Assembly: GCA_002718895.1 (NCBI GenBank)
Contig: PBGD01000022.1
Coordinates: 5,220-69,219 of the forward strand
Length of the DNA: 64,000 nt
DNA from: Flavobacteriales bacterium
GTDB taxonomy: Bacteria; Bacteroidota; Bacteroidia; Flavobacteriales; TMED113
Direction: 5' to 3'
Position numbers and translations under genes: made by a program. Below the pieces are notes generated by a model, which worked only from the letters and a program-made list of their open reading frames with translations, was not told the origin of the DNA and did no database searches. Each line of letters opens with the position of its first letter. The first letter of the stretch is position 1. Positions 57,364 to 64,000 of this stretch are shown piece by piece.

Positions 57364-58578
57364 TCAGGTTAAGAATTTCACTATTTTTAACAAGGACTTA
57401 CCGAATTGCTCAATTTCATCCACAGTGTTATATATTGACAACGAGGCCCTTAAACAGCCATTAATATTTAGTTTTTGCATTAGTGGTTGGCAACAAAGGT
57501 GACCAGATCTAACTGAAATTTTGTTTTCTGCCAATAAGCTAGCAATATCATAATGGTGAATTCCATTAATATTAAAAGAAAAAATGGGAATAGAACTTTC
57601 AGAACATCTGTACAAAGTTATGTTGGGGATTCTTTTGAGCACATCTATAGTACATGCCGCCAACATATTTTCATGTTTATAAATATTATCTAAACCCAAT
57701 TTTAAAATATATTTAACAGCATCTGCTAGGGCAATTGATCCGCATATATTTGGAGTTCCCGCCTCCAAGAGCAAAGGAGCTCTTTCCCAAACACTATTTT
57801 TTACAGAAGCATGAGAAACCATACCTCCGCCAAGTTTATTTGGTAAAAATTTTCGGATCTTTTCATCTTTTGCATACAAGATCCCGGTGCCTGTTGGTCC
57901 AAATAATTTGTGTCCCGAAAAACAATAAAAGTCACAATCAAGATCTTTAACATTAATTTTTAAATGTGAAGCAGCTTGAGAACCATCAATCAAAATGGGT
58001 ATGTCTAGTTTTTTAGCAAGCTTTATAATTTTTTTTACATCCTGAATACATGCAGTGACATTAGAAACGTGGTGGATCGCAATAAATTTAATTCTTTCTT
58101 TAATTAGCTGATCTTCCGAAACCCTAATTTTAAAATTCTCATCAAACGAAATCATCTTTAATTCCCCCCCCTTTGTTTTACAAATTTTTTGCCAGGGCAA
58201 AAAGTTTGAATGGTGCTCTATTTCAGTTGTGAGAATGCCATCTCCTTGATTAATTATATTTTGCACATATGAATTTGCTACCAAATTAATACTGTCAGTT
58301 GCTCCAGAAGTAAAGATTATTTCGGCGGTGTTAGCACCAATAAAATCAGCAATCGTTTGCCTTGCTTGTTCATATTTTTCCGTAGAACTAACTCCCTGAA
58401 CGTGGGAGCTTCTATGGGTATTACTATTTGTATATGTGTAATAGTTGGCAATTGAACTTAACACAGCTTGAGGTTTGTGGGTGGTAGCTGCATTATCAAA
58501 ATAAATTAGTTTCGACTCTTTGTTTTTTACAATAAAGGGAAACTCTTTTCTTATTTTTTCACTATCTAGATACTTCAC
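57364..58578 (-). CDS. sufS: Cysteine desulfurase, SufS type (group II)
   Basis: 404 aa with PLP-Lys ..FSGHKLFGPTG.. and active-site Cys ..RSGHLCCQP... GTG start. Confidence 0.95.
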   Translation of the reverse strand: MKYLDSEKIRKEFPFIVKNKESKLIYFDNAATTHKPQAVLSSIANYYTYTNSNTHRSSHVQGVSSTEKYEQARQTIADFIGANTAEIIFTSGATDSINLVANSYVQNIINQGDGILTTEIEHHSNFLPWQKICKTKGGELKMISFDENFKIRVSEDQLIKERIKFIAIHHVSNVTACIQDVKKIIKLAKKLDIPILIDGSQAASHLKINVKDLDCDFYCFSGHKLFGPTGTGILYAKDEKIRKFLPNKLGGGMVSHASVKNSVWERAPLLLEAGTPNICGSIALADAVKYILKLGLDNIYKHENMLAACTIDVLKRIPNITLYRCSESSIPIFSFNINGIHHYDIASLLAENKISVRSGHLCCQPLMQKLNINGCLRASLSIYNTVDEIEQFGKSLLKIVKFLT

Positions 58579-58582
58579 AAAA

Positions 58583-59713
58583 CTAAACTTTAATTAAGTT
58601 TTTCAAACTATTTTCAATTTCTTTACATATCTCTTCGTCTTCTAGAAACTCAACAACTTCAGTTAAAAACCCCTTTAAAAGAACCCCCATCGCCTGGTTT
58701 AAAGACAATCCCCTTGATCTTAAGTAAAATATAGCATCTGCATCAAGTTGACCAGTTGTTGAACCATGTGAACACTTAACGTCGTCAGTGAATATCTCAA
58801 GTTGGGGATTTGAATCTATTTTAGCTTGAGAAGAAAGAAGCACATTGTTGTTTTTCTGAACGGTATTTGCATTTATTGCACCACGCTCAACAACAACCAG
58901 ACTGTCAAATTCTCCTTGAGAATCGTGATCAAAAACACCCTTATAAATTTCGTGACTATTACAATCAATATTGTGATGTATGGTCTTGATTTTATTTTTA
59001 ACACAGGCGCTTCCTCTAAGAAATGAAATTGATCGATGATTTGAATTGCAACTTTTGCCAATTAATTCACTAAATATTTTGTTATTTAAAACACCCCTTG
59101 AGCTTTTGTCGTTATTACCCAGGAAGAAGCTAAAAGAATTACAAAGGCTATTTTCACCCTGATAGAAAGACTCTTTGCTATCATGGGATGTTTCTTTAAA
59201 AAAAGAGGATTCCAAAAGTCTGTATTTAGTTAGAGAGCTACCTTTATCAATGATCCAAAAGTTATTTGAACAACTTGTACTTTCTGTATCAAATATTAAC
59301 CTTTCCCTAATGGTGATGGAGGTTTTGGTAGGAATGTAAAAACCGACTTTATTCGAATGATCAGGGAGCATTTTATCACTGAAGAGGCGATAAATTGTTA
59401 TTGGCTCTTGTTTAACTGATTCGTTCAAAACGAAAACAACTCTACTATCCTTAGTCATATTTGCCAATTCATTAATTGTGTCAAGCTTCAGGCCGCCATG
59501 AATTTTTTTACCATTTGTTATTTGTTCCAATTCAATTGTTGAGTATGATTTTAAACAGCTTAAATCAGTCAAACTTTTAACTAAATGATTGTTTAAAAAA
59601 ACCACCACTTGTTTACTAGATTTATGTGTGTTTAAAATATAAGGAGCCATTTTTACACAAGCACTTTCTAAGCTGGATCCAGTATAATTATTTGATAATT
59701 CCGTCATAGCCAT
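58583..59713 (-). CDS. sufD: Fe-S cluster assembly protein SufD (short form; start uncertain)
   Basis: The C-terminal part ..LEIFTDDVKCSHGSTTGQLDADAIFYLRSRGL.. is typical of SufD. The listed start overlaps sufC by 26 nt. Confidence 0.8.
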   Translation of the reverse strand: MAMTELSNNYTGSSLESACVKMAPYILNTHKSSKQVVVFLNNHLVKSLTDLSCLKSYSTIELEQITNGKKIHGGLKLDTINELANMTKDSRVVFVLNESVKQEPITIYRLFSDKMLPDHSNKVGFYIPTKTSITIRERLIFDTESTSCSNNFWIIDKGSSLTKYRLLESSFFKETSHDSKESFYQGENSLCNSFSFFLGNNDKSSRGVLNNKIFSELIGKSCNSNHRSISFLRGSACVKNKIKTIHHNIDCNSHEIYKGVFDHDSQGEFDSLVVVERGAINANTVQKNNNVLLSSQAKIDSNPQLEIFTDDVKCSHGSTTGQLDADAIFYLRSRGLSLNQAMGVLLKGFLTEVVEFLEDEEICKEIENSLKNLIKV

Positions 59714-60428
59714 TTTTTTCTAACTCCAAAGCAAGACTCGCATTGCCAGATTTAATAATTTTACCATTATGAAGAATATGCACATGATCAGGTTTAATAT
59801 AGTCTAATAACCTTTGATAGTGTGTTATGATTATGAAAGATCTTTTTTCTGAACGCAGAGAATTAACTCCGGAAGAAACAATTTTAAGGGCATCAATATC
59901 TAGGCCCGAGTCTGTTTCATCTAAAATTGCCAATTTGGGTTCTAGCATGGATAATTGAAAAATTTCATTTCTTTTTTTCTCTCCCCCAGAAAAGCCATCA
60001 TTCATAGATCTTGAAAGAAAATGGTGATCCATTTTTAATAAATCTAAATTGTGTCTCATGAGTTTTAAAAGCTCAGCAGAGCTTAGTTTTTTTAAGTCTC
60101 GCGCTTTTCGAGTTTCATTAACCGCAATTTTTATAAAATTACTAACAGTCACACCAGGAATTTCTACAGGGTACTGAAATGACATAAAAACACCCATTCG
60201 GGCTCTGACTTCTGCAGCTTCATCTAAAATGTCTTTATCAAAAAAACGGACACTACCATTTGTAACCTCGTAGTTCTCATTGCCGGCTATTACTGAAGCC
60301 AATGTGCTTTTTCCAGAACCATTTGGCCCCATTATAGCATGAACCTCCCCCTCATTAACACTCAAGCTTAACCCCTTAAGGACTTTAGTGTCGTTTACAT
60401 TACAATGTAAGTTGTTTATTTTTAACAT
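59688..60428 (-). CDS. sufC: Fe-S cluster assembly ATPase SufC
   Basis: 246 aa with Walker A GPNGSGKST, signature ..FSGGEKKR.. and Walker B ..AILDETDSGLD... Confidence 0.95.
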   Translation of the reverse strand: MLKINNLHCNVNDTKVLKGLSLSVNEGEVHAIMGPNGSGKSTLASVIAGNENYEVTNGSVRFFDKDILDEAAEVRARMGVFMSFQYPVEIPGVTVSNFIKIAVNETRKARDLKKLSSAELLKLMRHNLDLLKMDHHFLSRSMNDGFSGGEKKRNEIFQLSMLEPKLAILDETDSGLDIDALKIVSSGVNSLRSEKRSFIIITHYQRLLDYIKPDHVHILHNGKIIKSGNASLALELEKNGYDGIIK

Positions 60429-60439
60429 ATTATAAATTT

Positions 60440-61885
60440 TTATCCAACACTATCCTCAAGTGTTATTTCTAATAATTGTCTTGCTTCAACAGCAAACTCC
60501 ATTGGAAGATGCTGTAACACATCTTTGCAATATCCATTTACAATCAGCCCTACTGCCTCTTTTTCTCCAATACCCCTCTGTTGACAATAAAACATTTGAT
60601 CTTCGCCTATTTTTGAGGTTGTTGCTTCATGCTCAATCATTGAAGTATTATTCTTAACCTTAATAAACGGATAGGTGTGCGCTCCACAGCGCCCCCCAAT
60701 TAATAATGAATCACATTGAGAAAAGTTTCTCGCATTAACAGCCCCTCGGTTAATATTTACCAAGCCCCTATAACTACTATTACTTTCGCCCGCGGAGATT
60801 CCTTTACTAATAATGGTGCTTTTAGTTCGCTTTCCCATATGAATCATTTTGGTTCCAGTATCAGCTTGTTGGCGATTTTTAGTAACAGCAATAGAAAAGA
60901 ACTCACCTACAGAGTCATCTCCTTTAAGAATGCAAGATGGATATTTCCAAGTTATAGACGAGCCTGTTTCAACCTGAGTCCAAGAAATCTTCGCTTTTTT
61001 GTGAGCAACACCTCTTTTTGTCACAAAATTATAAACGCCACCTTTGCCATTTTTATCACCAGGATACCAATTTTGGACAGTAGAGTATTTTATTTCAGAC
61101 GAATCCAAAGCAATAAGCTCTACCACTGCTGCATGAAGTTGATTTTCATCTCTAATAGGTGCAGTACAACCCTCAAGATAACTTACGTAGCTATTTTTTT
61201 CCGCTATAATTAATGTACGCTCAAATTGACCGGTTCCAGCCTCATTAATTCTAAAATAAGTAGATAACTCCATTGGACACTTTACTCCCTCAGGGATATA
61301 GCAAAACGACCCATCGCTAAACACAGCGGTGTTTAGTGCAGCAAAATAATTGTCTTTTGCTGGAACCACTGAGCCAATGTATTTTTTTACTAGCTCTGGG
61401 TGTTTTTTAATAGCCTCTGAGATGGAGCAAAAAATAATTCCCAGTTCAGATAGTTTTTCTTTAAATGATGTTGAGATAGAAACACTATCAATCACAACAT
61501 CAACAGCGACACCTGTTAATCTTTTTTGTTCCTCTATTGAAATGCCTAACCTGTTTAATGTTTTAAGTATCTCAGGATCAACCTCATCTAAACTTTTTTT
61601 TAAAACTTTTGCCTTTGGGGCAGAATAATAAATAATGTTTTGGAGGTCAATTTCAGGATACTTTATGTGCGCCCACCTAGGTTGTCTCATTGTTTTTAAC
61701 AAGTTAAATGCAGCTAATCTTTTTTCCAACATCCAGTCGGGTTCATTTTTTTTACTAGAAATTAGCCGAATAGTTTTTTCACTTAATCCGCGCTCAATTG
61801 TGTCAGACTCAATATTAGATACAAAGCCATACTTATAATCTCCCTCAGTACTTTCTTTTATAATTTGTTTTTCAGTTTTTTTCAT
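60440..61885 (-). CDS. sufB: Fe-S cluster assembly scaffold SufB
   Basis: About 481 aa from MKKTEKQII (ATG 61885), which avoids overlap with sufA. ..CTAP.., ..[20 protein letters not shown].. are typical of SufB. Confidence 0.95.
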   Translation of the reverse strand: MKKTEKQIIKESTEGDYKYGFVSNIESDTIERGLSEKTIRLISSKKNEPDWMLEKRLAAFNLLKTMRQPRWAHIKYPEIDLQNIIYYSAPKAKVLKKSLDEVDPEILKTLNRLGISIEEQKRLTGVAVDVVIDSVSISTSFKEKLSELGIIFCSISEAIKKHPELVKKYIGSVVPAKDNYFAALNTAVFSDGSFCYIPEGVKCPMELSTYFRINEAGTGQFERTLIIAEKNSYVSYLEGCTAPIRDENQLHAAVVELIALDSSEIKYSTVQNWYPGDKNGKGGVYNFVTKRGVAHKKAKISWTQVETGSSITWKYPSCILKGDDSVGEFFSIAVTKNRQQADTGTKMIHMGKRTKSTIISKGISAGESNSSYRGLVNINRGAVNARNFSQCDSLLIGGRCGAHTYPFIKVKNNTSMIEHEATTSKIGEDQMFYCQQRGIGEKEAVGLIVNGYCKDVLQHLPMEFAVEARQLLEITLEDSVG

Positions 61886-61896
61886 AGCCAAATAGT

Positions 61897-62220
61897 TTAA
61901 AGTGAAAAACTTTCGCCACATCCGCAAGTTCGCGAAGCGTTAGGATTTTCAAAAACAAACCCCTTTCCATTTAGACCCCCAGAATAATTAAGAGTAGTAC
62001 CAACCAAATACAAGTAGCTTTTGTCATCAACAATTAAATTAATTCCATTGTTTTCAAAAAGTTTGTCGTTTTCAGTCATTTCTTTTTCAAATTTTAAATC
62101 ATATGACAAACCAGAGCATCCACCAGAATTCACGCCAACTCGAACAAATTTGCTCGCTGAATTGTCTTCCGCCATAAGATTTAAAAGTTTTGTTTTTGCT
62201 GTATCTGAAATAGTAACCAT
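61897..62220 (-). CDS. sufA: A-type Fe-S carrier (IscA/SufA/HesB family)
   Basis: Start placed at MVTISDTAK (62220). ..GGCSGLSY.. and C-terminal ..CGCGESF are the three conserved Cys motifs. Confidence 0.85.
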   Translation of the reverse strand: MVTISDTAKTKLLNLMAEDNSASKFVRVGVNSGGCSGLSYDLKFEKEMTENDKLFENNGINLIVDDKSYLYLVGTTLNYSGGLNGKGFVFENPNASRTCGCGESFSL

Positions 62221-62311
62221 TAGTAAAATAAAATTTAAGCGTAATTTATCCAATAACGAATTTAAATAGAATTATATTTATCAGCAATTAAAATGATATA
62301 ATTTAGTCATA

Positions 62312-63352
62312 ATGAAATTTACACCTATTTCACACAAAGGAGAAATTAATTTAATCAAACAATTGACACAATCGTTTTCCGCAAAAAACCCCTCAACATG
62401 TTTTACATTTGGAGATGATGCAGCAGTTCTATCTTATGGAAAACAAGATTTAATTTTAACAACTGACACCTTAACAGAGAATGTGCATTTTAATTTAATA
62501 TATACACCACTTAAACATTTAGGCTATAAAGCGATTGTTTCTAGTTTATCAGATGTTTATGCGATGAACGGATGCCCCAAACAAGTCCTTGTATCTATTG
62601 CTGTTCCTAACAAATATAGTGTAGAAATGTTACAGGAAATTTATACAGGTATTAACTTGGCTTGTAAAAATTATAATGTTGACCTTATTGGGGGTGACAC
62701 GACTGCTAGCCCACAAAGTCTAGTTATAAATGTTACTACTATAGGTTTGGCTCAAAAAAACAAAATTGTATATAGGAATGGTGCTCAACCAAATGATTTA
62801 CTTGTGGTGTCAGGTGATCTAGGTGGTGCTTATTTAGGACTTCAAATACTTGAAAGAGAAAAGTATATATTTCAGCAAAACAATCAATCACAACCAAGTC
62901 TTGAAAAATATACTGCGATTCTAGAGAGACAGTTAAAGCCAGAAGCTAGACGAGACGTAATAAAAGAGTTAAAAGAGCTTCAAATAAAACCATCTGCTAT
63001 GATTGATATTTCTGACGGATTAGGATCGGAGGTTAATCATCTGTCTCAATCCTCTAATATCGGCTTTAAAGTTTTTGAAGAAAAAGTTCCAATTTCACAA
63101 ACATCAATTGAAACAGCTAGCGAGCTCAATATCAGTCCATTGTATTGTGCTTTGCACGGTGGAGAAGATTACGAGCTCTTGTTTACGGTTCCATTAAAGT
63201 GGCACAAAGAGATTTCTGGCATGGAAAACGTGACAATAATTGGCCACTCTACCGAAAAGAGTAAAGGGGTGGAATTGTTGACTCAAGATAATGAAATAGT
63301 TGATTTAAACGGCGGTGGGTGGGACCCATTCACAAAAAAAAGTCACATATAA
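62312..63352 (+). CDS. thiL: Thiamine-monophosphate kinase
   Basis: 346 aa with ..GDDAAVL.., ..DLIGGDTT.. and ..ISDGLGSE.. in an AIR-synthase-like fold. Confidence 0.9.
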   Translation: MKFTPISHKGEINLIKQLTQSFSAKNPSTCFTFGDDAAVLSYGKQDLILTTDTLTENVHFNLIYTPLKHLGYKAIVSSLSDVYAMNGCPKQVLVSIAVPNKYSVEMLQEIYTGINLACKNYNVDLIGGDTTASPQSLVINVTTIGLAQKNKIVYRNGAQPNDLLVVSGDLGGAYLGLQILEREKYIFQQNNQSQPSLEKYTAILERQLKPEARRDVIKELKELQIKPSAMIDISDGLGSEVNHLSQSSNIGFKVFEEKVPISQTSIETASELNISPLYCALHGGEDYELLFTVPLKWHKEISGMENVTIIGHSTEKSKGVELLTQDNEIVDLNGGGWDPFTKKSHI

Positions 63353-63356
63353 AAAT

Positions 63357-64000
63357 CTATATATTTAAAAGGTCCTCAATCTCCTCCGCCTCAATGGGTA
63401 TGTCTTTCATAAGATCAATATTATTTAATTTCCCTATAACAATATCATTTTCAAGCCTTATCCCAAGTTCCTCTTCGGGAATATATATTCCTGGTTCACA
63501 TGTGAACACCATTCCCTCAGTTAGCACGTCTTGTGGATCAGAGACATCATGAACATCTAGGCCTAAGTGATGTGATGTACCGTGCATGTAATATTTTTTA
63601 TACGCTGGACCACCTTGCCAACCATTTTTAATATCTTTTTTTGTTATAAGCCCAAGATCTAAGAGCTCTTTTTCCATTAACTCACCAACGCCATTTTCAT
63701 AACTGCTTAATGTTATTCCGGGTTTTAGCATTTTAATGGCTAATTTCATCACTCTAAGTACCGCGTTGTAGACATTTTTTTGTCTTTTTGAGAACCTGCC
63801 ATTTACTGGGAAGCATCGTGTAAGGTCTGAAGAATAGTTGGCGTATTCTGCTCCAAAATCCATTAGAACTACATCTCCATTTTTACAAATCATATTGTTG
63901 TCATTGTAATGTAGAATACAGGCATTAGCACCAGAAGCAATAATTGGCTCATAAGCAAAACCGGATGATTTATTCATTAAAAACTCGTGAATAATTTCAG
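63357..64000 (-). CDS. pepP: Xaa-Pro aminopeptidase, M24B (C-terminal catalytic part; 5' end outside the window)
   Basis: The frame stays open upstream of the listed Met to position 64000 (..EIIHEFLMNKSSG..). Metal-ligand motifs are ..DFGAEYANYSSDLTR.., ..HGTSHHLGLDVHD.., ..EPGIY.. and ..IRLEND... Confidence 0.85.
   Translation of the reverse strand, partial: EIIHEFLMNKSSGFAYEPIIASGANACILHYNDNNMICKNGDVVLMDFGAEYANYSSDLTRCFPVNGRFSKRQKNVYNAVLRVMKLAIKMLKPGITLSSYENGVGELMEKELLDLGLITKKDIKNGWQGGPAYKKYYMHGTSHHLGLDVHDVSDPQDVLTEGMVFTCEPGIYIPEEELGIRLENDIVIGKLNNIDLMKDIPIEAEEIEDLLNI

Noticed and set aside
62264-62282. Fur-box-like sequence (minus strand GATAAATATAATTCTATTT) in the sufA-thiL divergent spacer.
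   Set aside because: It matches the 19-bp enterobacterial Fur consensus at only about 12 of 19 positions, in DNA that is almost all A/T. That is not distinguishable from chance, and the Bacteroidota Fur motif may differ.

Overview
The window is a very gene-dense (by coordinates well over 90% coding), low-GC chromosomal segment. It looks like a streamlined member of the Bacteroidota, probably Flavobacteriia. The lineage call rests on an S46 dipeptidyl-peptidase, a SprE/PorW-like TPR lipoprotein, a GH3-family protein, a long-form PurF, an atpBEFHAG operon without atpDC, a single-Cys DksA/TraR protein between ileS and lspA, and a TAnnTTTG-type promoter motif.

Content is almost entirely housekeeping:
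- Cell envelope: MltD-like transglycosylase, two M23/LytM proteins, TatA, LspA, RseP, a flippase.
- Energy: F-type ATP synthase and a membrane pyrophosphatase.
- Translation: gatA, lysS, ileS.
- Cofactors and isoprenoids: dxr, lipB, thiL.
- A complete SUF Fe-S operon (sufA-B-C-D-S-E, DUF59 protein, small DUF protein).
- purF and several peptidases (M28, S46, M24B).
- A cluster for the lower kynurenine / 3-hydroxyanthranilate pathway.

I found no rRNA, tRNA, CRISPR array, transposase, integrase or phage gene, and no convincing defence or other novel multi-gene system.

The most unusual structure is compositional. A V-shaped A+T trough spans about 34.3-40 kb and coincides with an apparent switch of strand composition near 39 kb. 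I interpret this as a candidate replication terminus.

Inside the trough are:
- a uvrC whose GIY-YIG-encoding 5' end is cut off from its ATG by an 11-nt homopolymer;
- an almost pure A/T 272-bp spacer carrying a perfect 24-bp tandem duplication;
- a tightly coupled module of unknown role (hydrolase, orphan fused ABC ATPase, Asn-rich beta-helix lipoprotein).

All family calls come from motif recognition by eye. No searches or numerical skew calculations were possible.
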